64,000 nt of DNA. Source: Methanotrichaceae archaeon (lineage in GTDB: Archaea; Halobacteriota; Methanosarcinia; Methanotrichales; Methanotrichaceae). The stretch is from assembly GCA_963748825.1 (NCBI GenBank), contig CAVVKN010000005.1:27182-91181 (forward strand). The letters run 5' to 3'. The notes beneath the pieces are model-generated. The model saw only the letters and a list, made by a program, of their open reading frames with translations. It ran no database searches and was not told the origin of the DNA. Positions 1-8,993 of this stretch are shown here, piece by piece (the stretch's first letter is position 1; the number at the start of each line of letters is the position of its first letter). A program made the translations under genes and the position numbers.

Positions 1-1055
1 CTTTATTGTTTTGGCAGCATCAATAATAGGTTCTATTTGGCTGTGTGTTGCCCAATAATACCATTTTTTGAGGAAATCCTCCGCAAGGAGCTTATCATTA
101 AATGTCCAAAAGTCTTTCAGACTAAGCTTGAAATTGTATGCTTTGGATGTCATCAAATTCATATCTTTGAGAGAGCCCAGCTTCTCTTTTTCAGCCAATG
201 AAAGATCATTTGGATTCTTAAGCCACATATATCGAGTATTTTTTAATTCTGCATTGTGGTGCTGCTCCTCGCGACGTACTTTATCCACTGCCTCATTTAC
301 CATCTTCATAACGTGGAATTTATCAAAAGTAAGAGACGATCCAGGAAACTGTTCCGCTATTCCTGATATGAATGCAGGAGAAATATCCGAACAGAACATC
401 TCAATATTTTCCGATGCTCCATTATGATCCTCAAGGTCTTTTTTAAATGAGCTGATAACACTCGCATCTTTGCCCTCGCATACGTATAGAACTTTATTAT
501 TGTCGAAATCAACGAATAGCGACACATATTTATGAAATTATGCACATGAGGTTTCATCTACGCCTACTATTTTTACTTGAGAATGATCTTCTTTAGATCT
601 AGATTCAGGAATATAATACGACAATACCCTCCAGATCCTTGTATCATGCTCACCGATAATCTCAGCTACGGCACTAATTGACATATTCTGGGCAAAAAGA
701 AGTATCAGTGCATCCATTAGCAATGTGAAACCTGTGCTCTTCCTAGCCCATGGAACATCAATCAATCTGATTGAACCACATTTCTCGCAAATTGTGCGTG
801 GCACTCTGGCATGAATATATGCCTTAAATTGGAAAAAATTAAGGTGCCGCCATACTTTTTCCTTTGTATCATGAATGCAGTTGTTTGGATTTTTGCAATT
901 TAAACATTCAAATCTACTTCCTGGGATAAAATCGATATGAATATCCAGTTGCTTTTTAGCACTGCTGAATTCTATCGACTTGATATACCAAGGATCTTGA
1001 AGATTCAATGCAAGTTTCCCATGGAAAACCACATAAATCAAAAACAGGAGGCGAT

Positions 1056-2375
1056 CTATTCACCACCCCCGGATGGCCTATTATTGCCGGCTTTTGCCAT
1101 AGAAATGGCTCCAAGCTCACGCATAAGTGCATTCTTCCTACTGCCCTCCTTCAGATGATAAAAGGCATCCACAATTGCAGCGACCCTATCCGTTAAATGC
1201 TCTTCCTTAAATGAAGGTGCCTGGCAGGACTTATCCTGGCTCGATCTACTCTTCCTGCATTCATCTTCTTGATACAACTCCTGGTTTATAAGAAGATGAT
1301 AAATGAGACAGATGAGTTTCCTAGCAACGGCGATGATCGCTACGTTACGCTCCTTCTTTTTAATCAATCTCTTGAAGAATCTGGACAGCGCCGTCTTATT
1401 CATATTTGATATGGTCTGGGCTGCTTGGACAAGTATAACTCTGATATGCTTGGAACCCTTCTTTGTAATTCCACATTTTTTCTTCTTGCCTGCAGATTCG
1501 TTTTCTCCAGGATTGAGGCCACACCATTTTGCGATCTGGTTCGGAGTCTTAAAATCTCGGTAGTTTCCAATCTCCGACAGTATGACCGATGCAGATGTGA
1601 ATCCAATTCCTGGGATCGACATGACTATGGCCAGATCTTTGCTCTTTTGCTGAACCTTTTTCAGGACCTCAAGGCTTAGCTTCTCCATTTTGGATTCGAG
1701 ATTGTCAAGGATTTCCAGAGCATCTTTTAAGAGCATTCTGTTTGTATCATTCAGACCATTTTCGAGTGCTGATCTAATCAGGTCTTGCTTCTTCCTTATC
1801 TTTCCGGAGGGTATGCCTTTCAAGATCTCTTCGATGGGCTTCTCTTCAGCCAGACAGTCCAGGATGTATCTGCCGGACTTGCAGAAAATATCGTCCATGG
1901 TAGAACTGAGCTTAACGCCACTTGATGATAGATATTTATGAATCCGATTCCGGAACTGAGTTCGTGTCTTGACATATCCGGACCTGGCTCGCGTCATCAT
2001 CCTAAGGTCTCGGTCATCATCGGTAAATACGCGATACCTTTTGATTTGACCGTTCAAGCAAAGGGTTGCGATTCGGTTTGAGTCTTTAGAGTCGGATTTG
2101 TCATTTGGAATGGTTTTTATCTGCAACGGATTGGCTACAATTGTATCTATGGTTTTGCTCAGGGCATCATAAATCGGCATCCAATAGACGCCAGTAGCTT
2201 CAAATGCCACTTGTTCGCATTTGTTGGCAACCAGCCAGTTTCGGAATCTCTTAAGCTCGGCTTTTGTTGTACCAAAATTCTCTCGAATTGGCAGCACATC
2301 ATCGCCAGTTACTGTGGCAACGATCAAATCTTTATGGACATCTGCTCCGCAAACTCTATCTCTTCGTCTTTTCAT
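1056..2375 (-). CDS. IS110-family DEDD recombinase/transposase
   Basis: GADVHK, FEATGVYW, KSDSKD, IPGIG and GLNPGENESAG (catalytic Ser region) motifs. Confidence 0.95.
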   Translation of the reverse strand: MKRRRDRVCGADVHKDLIVATVTGDDVLPIRENFGTTKAELKRFRNWLVANKCEQVAFEATGVYWMPIYDALSKTIDTIVANPLQIKTIPNDKSDSKDSNRIATLCLNGQIKRYRVFTDDDRDLRMMTRARSGYVKTRTQFRNRIHKYLSSSGVKLSSTMDDIFCKSGRYILDCLAEEKPIEEILKGIPSGKIRKKQDLIRSALENGLNDTNRMLLKDALEILDNLESKMEKLSLEVLKKVQQKSKDLAIVMSIPGIGFTSASVILSEIGNYRDFKTPNQIAKWCGLNPGENESAGKKKKCGITKKGSKHIRVILVQAAQTISNMNKTALSRFFKRLIKKKERNVAIIAVARKLICLIYHLLINQELYQEDECRKSRSSQDKSCQAPSFKEEHLTDRVAAIVDAFYHLKEGSRKNALMRELGAISMAKAGNNRPSGGGE

Positions 2376-2390
2376 ATGCGTTTCTGCCTG

Positions 2391-2531
2391 GTATGGGCAG
2401 ATGATCTTTCCCTGATGTGGGATAATTTCCCATGCGCGTTCTAAGACGCAGTCCCGTATTCGGGGGGATCTTGGCCTGTTTCAATCACGGGATCAAGCGT
2501 CCCATAAACTTGCCGGCCTTCACTGCCCATA
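2391..2531 (-). ncRNA. putative IS110 bridge RNA
   Basis: Closing stem UAUGGGCAG/CUGCCCAUA. Internal loop carries GCAAGUUU and AUUGAAAC, matching the two flanks of the insertion site. CAUGGGAAA matches the element end. Confidence 0.75.
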
Positions 2532-2880
2532 TCCGGCTTAACGTGAACGGATAACAATATGTGGTTTTCCATCCGTCACGTGTGAGCCTCTGCCTGGGGC
2601 GCATGGTCGTTTGAATAGGTCTTCCTGCGAGAGAGTCACGGATAATAATTCAAGAAATGACATTATTAAACCTTACCCCAGGAAGTAAAAATCCTCCCGG
2701 ATGCCAAACCAGCCTATCCGGGCTGGATGCCATCCTGCTTGCTGATTTCTTGATTCCTGTCCTCGGATTTCATTTAATAGTAACTTGAGGTTAGCCACCT
2801 GAAACAGCGAAGAGCCATATCAATTTTGTAACGGCGAACATGGCAATAGCTCAAAATCGTTATCAGCAAAAATAAATTTA

Positions 2881-2965
2881 TGCGGGGAAAGGGATTCGAA
2901 CCCTTGAACTCCTGCGAGAATAGATCTTGAGTCTATCACCGTTGGCCTGGCTTGGTTATCCCCGC
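2881..2965 (-). tRNA. tRNA-Leu(CAA)
   Basis: GCGGGGA acceptor stem, anticodon arm ATAGA-CTCAAGA-TCTAT, long variable arm, GTTCGAATC T-loop. Confidence 0.95.
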
Positions 2966-3088
2966 ATTCGACCTGCCTTGGAGCAGATCGAGGATAATGC
3001 AAGCACCTCCGGGTTTATGAATCTTGCCATCCGCAGCGCCCTGCGCCCACGGGCCTCCGTCCGCCCGAAGCCCTAGCCAGCGAGTCGT

Positions 3089-3244
3089 TCACGCATCCAC
3101 GTGATTTACGCAGACCCAGTGGTAGTACCCGTGAATGCCCGTGCCCGTGACCTCGTCAAACTCTTCCAGTTCCTGGCCGCAGATCTGGCATGTCTCGCCA
3201 TCCGGCACCTCGATCTCAGCATCATTGCATAGTACAACTACCAT
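3089..3244 (-). CDS. 51-aa putative zinc-finger microprotein (absent from ORF track)
   Basis: MVVVLCNDAEIEVPDGETCQICGQELEEFDEVTGTGIHGYYHWVCVNHVDA; CxxC...HxxC; GC3-rich codons. Confidence 0.7.
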   Translation of the reverse strand: MVVVLCNDAEIEVPDGETCQICGQELEEFDEVTGTGIHGYYHWVCVNHVDA

Positions 3245-3310
3245 TCAAGTTCTCATAAGGGGCTGCAAGAGACATGAAGCTTTCGGGTAATTGAGGTATA
3301 ATTGCGCATC

Positions 3311-3544
3311 TCTCTGCCGTCTGCGGTTAGTATTCGTAGCTGACGATTTAACTGGGTCTACGGAATAAAACCACAGAGGCACAGAGGACGAACGAACGGA
3401 GACGCTATTACTGCTGATAATAAGGTAGATTTCACGTCTCTGCGACTCTGCGTCTCTGCGGTTAGTATTCGGAGCGGACAAGCTCTGGGTTTACGGAATA
3501 AAACCACAGAGTCACAGAGCGCACGGAGGACGAACGAACGGAGA
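3311..3544. repeat. two ~95-bp imperfect direct repeats built from CTCTGCGTCTCTGCGGTT / AACCACAGAG-CACAGAG palindromic arms
   Basis: Units at ~3311-3402 and ~3449-3544 share ctgcggttagtattcg...tacggaataaaaccacagag...ggacgaacgaacggaga. Confidence 0.8.
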
Positions 3545-3955
3545 TTACTTTTCTTTCGATCCGCTCTCAAACTCCTGGAACGTGCGCAGCGCCGAGGCCA
3601 GTATTTTTGTCTGGCCGATGTTAGCAGCAATGAATAACGCATCCAGGATCTCGTCCTCGCTCGCCCCCGCGCGCGCTGCTGCGCTCATGTGCACCTTTAG
3701 GCACTTGTCTGCGCCACAGCTGGCCGCTGCGGCCACGGCCAGGAGCTCCGCGACCTTGGGCTCCAGGCTTTGGGGCCGCAGGGCATAGAAGTCCTTGAGG
3801 GCGGAGAAGATCATGAACTCTGGTCGGCGGGCCATGACCTGCAGGATAAAGGGCACGATGCCCAGCATCTTTTCGGTGTCGTCGAGGATGTCCTCCTGCA
3901 GGGAGGTGCTTTGCTCCAGGAGGGCTTTGATGAGGTCTTTGTTTTCGGGTTTCAT
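3545..3955 (-). CDS. carboxymuconolactone decarboxylase/AhpD-like protein
   Basis: LEPKVAELLAVAAAA...CLKVHMSAAARAGASEDEI motif. Confidence 0.8.
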   Translation of the reverse strand: MKPENKDLIKALLEQSTSLQEDILDDTEKMLGIVPFILQVMARRPEFMIFSALKDFYALRPQSLEPKVAELLAVAAAASCGADKCLKVHMSAAARAGASEDEILDALFIAANIGQTKILASALRTFQEFESGSKEK

Positions 3956-5400
3956 TTGTGTGGGTCATCTCCTTGCCATTGGGCGAGCTTTTTCCTGGCC
4001 TGGTCGGCGTAGGGGCTTTCGATCTGCTTGAAGATTTCATAGGCAGCCTTTGTGAATTCCATGGCTTTCTCCCGCTGGTCTTGATCATCAAATATCTCTC
4101 CTAAATTGCCCAGCCAGGTTCCTTCATTCCTTCTGTCCCCTATCTCACGGGCGATGGCCAGAGCCTGCTGATAGTACTCGATTGCCTTGCGGGGCTCCCC
4201 TAGGTCAGAGTATGCAAGGCCCAGGCAGCCCAGATGTACACCTTCATTCCTTCTGTCCCCTATCTCATGGGCGATGGCCAGAGCCTGCTGATAGTACTCG
4301 ATTGCCTTGCGGGGCTCCCCTAGGTCAGAGTATGCAAGGCCCAGGTTGCCCAGATGTACACCTTCATTTCTTCTGTCCCCTATCTCACGGGCGATGGCCA
4401 GAGCCTGCTGATAGTACTCGATTGCCTTGCGGGTTTCCCTTAGGTTAGAGCATACAAGGCCCAGGTTGCCCAGATGTACTCCTTCATTCCTTCTGTCCCC
4501 TATCTCACGGGCGATGGCCAGAGCCCGCTCATAATATTCGATGGCCTCGCGTCGCTCTCCCATATAATAATAGGCATTGCCCAGATTACCCAGGCGGCTT
4601 CCTTCACTCCGCCTATCTCCGATCTCGCGGGAGATCTTCAGAGCTTGCTCATGGTACTCGATTGCCTTGCGAGGCTCGCCCTGATGAGAGTAGGCACCGC
4701 CCAGGTTGCCCAGAGCGATCCCTTCGCCTCGCCGGTCGCCGATCTCACGGAAGATCTTCAGAGCCTGCTCGTGGAACTCGATGGATTTGCGGGGCTCGCT
4801 TAGCAGGAAATGAATTACGCCAAGCTCGATCAATATATTTGCTCGCTCTTTCTGATCACGGATCTTCTCTAGCAAATACTCATTAATCCTCTGGCGCCTC
4901 AGCAATTCCTCCTTGTTCTGATAGCTGAGGCTTAATGGTTCGGACAGCGCCTCCACAGCTTGAAAGGCTGCCCCCTGATCCTCACCTTTTAGTATGTGAT
5001 ATCCTCCTCTATACCTCCAAAAGTCGGGTGCTTGCCAGATCACATCATCCAGAGCTGCTGGAGTCATAAAGATCAGGCTCGGGACCCCGGCATCGTAAAA
5101 AAGCTCGCGAAAGTTGTTAAGAGCATCTAGAACATCTTGGGCAAGCGTTTCGGGAAGAATCCAAATTAGGATCTCTTTTTCCTTCGGCTTAATGCTCCGA
5201 AGGTCGGAGATGAGGCTGTCTCCTTTCTCCACCGGCAGGATTCTGGCGGGAAATCGTGCCTTTATAACATCTATTACCTTCTCTCGATAAGCTGGAGAGG
5301 CGACAGTGCAGAGAATAAGGTTTCTTTTTCCCTGAGAGATCTCCAGCTCCGTGAGCAAAAGATCGATCTCATCCAGATCCTCTAGGGAGATAGGCTCCAT
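3952..5400 (-). CDS. TPR-repeat protein with N-terminal degenerate P-loop-like domain
   Basis: About seven 40-aa repeats (LGNLGLAYSDLGEPRKAIEYYQQALAIAREIGDRRNEG); N-terminal LNNFRELF...APDFW. Confidence 0.85.
   Translation of the reverse strand: MEPISLEDLDEIDLLLTELEISQGKRNLILCTVASPAYREKVIDVIKARFPARILPVEKGDSLISDLRSIKPKEKEILIWILPETLAQDVLDALNNFRELFYDAGVPSLIFMTPAALDDVIWQAPDFWRYRGGYHILKGEDQGAAFQAVEALSEPLSLSYQNKEELLRRQRINEYLLEKIRDQKERANILIELGVIHFLLSEPRKSIEFHEQALKIFREIGDRRGEGIALGNLGGAYSHQGEPRKAIEYHEQALKISREIGDRRSEGSRLGNLGNAYYYMGERREAIEYYERALAIAREIGDRRNEGVHLGNLGLVCSNLRETRKAIEYYQQALAIAREIGDRRNEGVHLGNLGLAYSDLGEPRKAIEYYQQALAIAHEIGDRRNEGVHLGCLGLAYSDLGEPRKAIEYYQQALAIAREIGDRRNEGTWLGNLGEIFDDQDQREKAMEFTKAAYEIFKQIESPYADQARKKLAQWQGDDPHK
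4090..4800 (-). repeat. 120-bp tandem repeats encoding TPR units
   Basis: Sequence starting at 4141, 4261 and 4381 is nearly identical. Confidence 0.9.
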
Positions 5401-6635
5401 TTCTCCACCAGTGGAAGCAGCATGGCGTTTACCTCGCACCATCTTCCAATCTCATCCTCATACTCGACCGCAGTCATGCTGAAGAGAAGCTCGCGAGTCA
5501 GAACCGAATCAGGCCCCTCTTCCCTGGCCTCCTTGCATTTGTTGATCTCCAGCAGCTTCTTTTTGTGGGCCTCGGTGAGGGTTCGATCAAATGTCATCCT
5601 CAGCTTCTCAAGAGCGGAAGCGACGTCATTTTTGGATATGCGCTTCTGCCCTTTGCGAAAGGCGTTAAGCGATGCCTCTTTCATGACCTCCACCAGCTCG
5701 GAAAGCTTGCCGGTAGACTCGATGGCATATTCCAGAACCTCCTTCTGCAGAAGATCCGGCTCTATCCTGCGGGAAATTACATCTGAGTAGAACTTCCGGC
5801 CTTCTTGGTGCTGCTCTCCATTTCTCTTAAACACCGGCATTTGCAGAAGGATCACATCGCCGTTAAATGCATGCCTGACGTTCTCGTACTGGGGATGAAA
5901 GGCCAATGGTATGGGAAATGTATAAACCACAAAGCAGCTCGGCTCGATAAGGAGCTGATAGTTTTTGTAGAAAAAGTCCTCAGATTGCTGGCCTCTGGCC
6001 AATTTATCCAGATCATCTACTATTATTACCAATTCTTTTCCAGATTTTTCCTCGATGTCTACTATCAGCCAGTTTAGCTTCTGAATGAGATCGCTGATCT
6101 TCTGATCCAGTTCCGTCCTGAGGCACTGCCTGGTCTTGGCCTCCCGGCTGAGCTTGAGGATGACGATCTGGCTCAAGGAGAGCCCGGCTGAGCTCTGGCT
6201 GGTTACCTCCTCCTCGGTTATGTTCGTTATTCGCTTGGTGAAATCCTGGAAATCCTTCTCGATGTCGGGATGAAGAGCAATTCCTTCCACCCTGGCGATA
6301 TCGTAGACTTTGAGCGCCATGGAAACAAAGAAGTCGCGAAAATCGAAGTCGCTTAAATTCAGATCATCCCGGATAGAGTAATTCACCACCAGAAAGCGAC
6401 TCTTATCCAGCGCCGCCTCCAGGCGGTGCAGCTCAGTGCTTTTTCCAGAGCCTCTGAAGCCCAGGAACAGATACTTCTCTTTCCTGCTGGCAAGCTCAAT
6501 TCGATCTTTTAAATCCGCCATGGGAGATATAAAGCCTGGACGCTCGACGTAGAAATCCTCGAACTCTTGATCCTCTTTTAGCGGCTCGACATAAAAATTG
6601 TTGTAAGCCTCTTTCAAATTCTTTGCCCTGGGCAT
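5382..6635 (-). CDS. P-loop ATPase (KAP/STAND-like AAA)
   Basis: Walker A GFRGSGKS, Walker B IIVDDLDK; overlaps the start of the TPR gene. Confidence 0.85.
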   Translation of the reverse strand: MPRAKNLKEAYNNFYVEPLKEDQEFEDFYVERPGFISPMADLKDRIELASRKEKYLFLGFRGSGKSTELHRLEAALDKSRFLVVNYSIRDDLNLSDFDFRDFFVSMALKVYDIARVEGIALHPDIEKDFQDFTKRITNITEEEVTSQSSAGLSLSQIVILKLSREAKTRQCLRTELDQKISDLIQKLNWLIVDIEEKSGKELVIIVDDLDKLARGQQSEDFFYKNYQLLIEPSCFVVYTFPIPLAFHPQYENVRHAFNGDVILLQMPVFKRNGEQHQEGRKFYSDVISRRIEPDLLQKEVLEYAIESTGKLSELVEVMKEASLNAFRKGQKRISKNDVASALEKLRMTFDRTLTEAHKKKLLEINKCKEAREEGPDSVLTRELLFSMTAVEYEDEIGRWCEVNAMLLPLVEKWSLSP

Positions 6636-6707
6636 GACATCAACCAGCACTCTGAATAGCTCTCTACTATGATAACCATTTTGATGCCATCATCCATTTT
6701 TCGCCCC

Positions 6708-7750
6708 TCAAGCCTCCAGCGTTATCGCCCGGATCTCGATCTGGATCTTCTGCTCATTCGGGTCCAGCACCAGCTCCAGCCGGTCCAGCGGCTTGCTTGG
6801 GTCTGTGTCCACCTTGGCATAGAAGTAATGTCCCTGATACTCGTAGGCGGAGCTGGCTGTGCTTGGCCAGGAATAGGCCGCTGCAACCTTGCTGTGCTTC
6901 AGCTCCGACTGGATCTCTGCTCTGTCATAAGCCCATTCGGCAATGTTCACTCCCATAGTCAGATCCGTTGTCTCGTAGCTTCCGTCCTCGTACCAGACAT
7001 TAATGTGGCCCACCTTAACGTTATCCGGCACTCCGATGCTCCATCCGGCAAACTCCAGAACATGCACTGCATCGGCTTTCTGGCCTTCCAGGTCGATGGA
7101 GGCAGTGGTCTGCTCTGCATTGGCTTTCAGTGCCACTCCTTCCACCTGAAATTCAATTCCGTTGTAAGTATGAGCGGTTCCGTTCCCAATGGCCGTCGAC
7201 TGGCCTGAGGAGGTACCTTTGCCCCTCCAGGATGCCATCCATTCCTGGGCTGTGTCCCAGTCCACTTTTCCCGGAAACTGAGTGAACATCAGAAACCCGG
7301 AGGTCTCCTTGGATATAGCACATTGCGAGCTATCCCCATTGCAGTAGACATTCCAAACTTTGGGCTTGTTATTGTCTCGCCAGGATGCCAGCCAGTTGGT
7401 TGCGGTATCCCACGTCACCTTGCCCGGAAACTGGGGAACATGAGCATGCCCGTGGGCTCCTTGGAGACTGCGCACTGCGAGCTGTCCCCATTGCAGTAGA
7501 CATTCCAGACGGCAGGCTGAGCAGGATAGCCGTTGGTTTGCATCCAGGTCTGGATCGTGCTCCATTCTACTTTGCCGGGAAAGACATTAAACATCAAATC
7601 TCCGCTGGGCTCTTTGGCCACTGTGCAGCGTGAGCCGTCTCCACTGCAATAGACATTCCAGACATTCAGATCCTCAGTGACCTGGGCCAGAGCCGGTGAG
7701 ATAATTGCCGCCATCCACAAGAAGATTATCAAAAAAGATTTGATCTTCAT
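6708..7750 (-). CDS. secreted protein with three ~40-aa Cys repeats, frameshifted at ~7435
   Basis: Signal peptide MKIKSFLIIFLWMAAIISPALA; repeats VWNVYCxGDxSxCxVxKE...FPGKVxW; one base missing in a C-run. Confidence 0.7.
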
Positions 7751-7799
7751 AGCGATCCACTCCACTCTTAATCTACGATTCTGATGCGGTTTCTTGCTT

Positions 7800-8378
7800 T
7801 CAGCACACCATTCTCTCGAAGCACTCCTTGCAGAGCACCTTTCCGCCGGCCGTCCTTCCCAGAATCTCCATGAAGCCTTCCCCGCACTCCTGGCACTTGA
7901 GGGAGGGATAAATCTTCGCCTTCTCCGGTGCGGGAATATCAACCTCTTTCACCGCGAGAAGATCCTCGTCTTTGCCGCTCAAGATATTCTCGATGACCTG
8001 GGACCTCAGCCCCTCAAACTCCTTCTTCTCCTCCGAAGAAAGCTTTCCAGCCACCGCCTTCTGCCGCATTGCGTCCATCCCCCGGAAGACATCGCCCTTG
8101 AAGTAGATACGCATCGCCCGGTTCTGATCGCGGGAGTAGAAGGTGAAGACCTGCTTCCCATTATCCACGAATAGCAGATTGCCCTTGCCGGCTGTGCAGC
8201 CCAGGAGCGACTGCACCGCATCCACGCTGCATGATGTGTTCTCGGCAATGCAGACCAGCTCCTCATCCTTGGAGCGGGGATAGTGCTCTTTTGCATACTT
8301 TGCTACTCGATAGCCCATGGCAAGGCCCGGGCAGACGTGGCCGTGAAACTTTGCCGCTTCTTTAAAATCCTCTTCCAT
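7800..8378 (-). CDS. fmdE: FmdE family protein
   Basis: FHGHVCPGLAMG, CSVDAVQ, GCTAGKGNL and a C-terminal CQECGE...CKEC finger. Confidence 0.9.
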   Translation of the reverse strand: MEEDFKEAAKFHGHVCPGLAMGYRVAKYAKEHYPRSKDEELVCIAENTSCSVDAVQSLLGCTAGKGNLLFVDNGKQVFTFYSRDQNRAMRIYFKGDVFRGMDAMRQKAVAGKLSSEEKKEFEGLRSQVIENILSGKDEDLLAVKEVDIPAPEKAKIYPSLKCQECGEGFMEILGRTAGGKVLCKECFERMVC

Positions 8379-8592
8379 AATAGTCACCTGGTTTTGAATC
8401 TTGCTAGTACTTGCGTTGGTTAGGAATAAGTAAAGAGCGGTCGGCGTCAATGAGGATGATATGGGCTTCTTGTGTTTGTGCCTTGGAGTTGAGGGGGGCA
8501 GATCAGGAGACGCGGGAAGAGTCCACGAAGAATTTATTAGATGCTATGAGGGATTCTACTTCTGAGGAATTTGCGAATAGGCATGTGATTGG

Positions 8593-8970
8593 ATGAATAG
8601 ATATCTAAAGATTTGGCTCTTCGGTTTTCTGCTTTGGCTGATACCATTTGCAGTATCGGTTTTGATCTTCCCGCTGCGTACGTCTCAGCGGCCGCTCTTT
8701 GAGTCGATCATGCCCGTAGTAATCGCTATCTGGACTGTGTTCTTCTCCATTCTCTATCTATCCGGGAAAAAGAGCGATCTTCTCAAGGAAGGCATCTTTA
8801 TTGGCATTGCCTGGCTCTTGATCAGCATAGTGTTGGATCTAATGATATTTATTGAAGGACCGATAAAAATGCCTCTTTGGGACTATGTAGCAGACATTGC
8901 GGTGACTTATCTCATGATCCCCACAATTACGTCCGGGTTTGGCTATCTCATGGAGCATCGCGCTGAATAA
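8593..8970 (+). CDS. hypothetical 4-TM membrane protein
   Basis: Four hydrophobic segments. Confidence 0.75.
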   Translation: MNRYLKIWLFGFLLWLIPFAVSVLIFPLRTSQRPLFESIMPVVIAIWTVFFSILYLSGKKSDLLKEGIFIGIAWLLISIVLDLMIFIEGPIKMPLWDYVADIAVTYLMIPTITSGFGYLMEHRAE

Positions 8971-8993
8971 ATTACAATCGAAAATTTGATTGG

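Larger units (their letters stand above)
1014..2612 (-). mobile_element. IS110-family element bounded by a repeated GTTT/AAAC core
   Basis: GTTT at 1014-1017 and 2609-2612; excision restores the ISL3 frame. 15-bp inverted repeat at 1021-1035 / 2558-2572. Confidence 0.9.
1..2639 (-). pseudogene. ISL3 transposase pseudogene
   Basis: N-terminus VTLSQEDLFK (2639-2610) rejoins LALNLQDPW (from 1013) in frame once the IS110 is removed. In-frame TAA at 538-540 (SCA*FHKYVSLFVD), after which the frame continues to the window edge. Confidence 0.85.
1..2816 (-). mobile_element. ISL3-family IS (runs off the window start), interrupted by IS110
   Basis: Left end GGCTCTTCGCTGTTTCAGG ends at 2816 (typical ISL3 GGCTCT terminus). 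Transposase has a zf-ISL3 region (CLNC...WRHLNFF...PRTICEKCG) and GVDET and FDKFHV motifs. Confidence 0.85.

Noticed and set aside
3311-3544. CRISPR mini-array
   Set aside because: Only two long, imperfect units; no leader or cas genes.
4090-4800. TPR repeats as a DGR template/variable pair or a CRISPR array
   Set aside because: They are in-frame coding repeats; there is no reverse transcriptase, no spacers and no cas gene.
8440-8590. Possible decayed HicB antitoxin (ETREESTKNLLDAM)
   Set aside because: Too degenerate to support as a feature.
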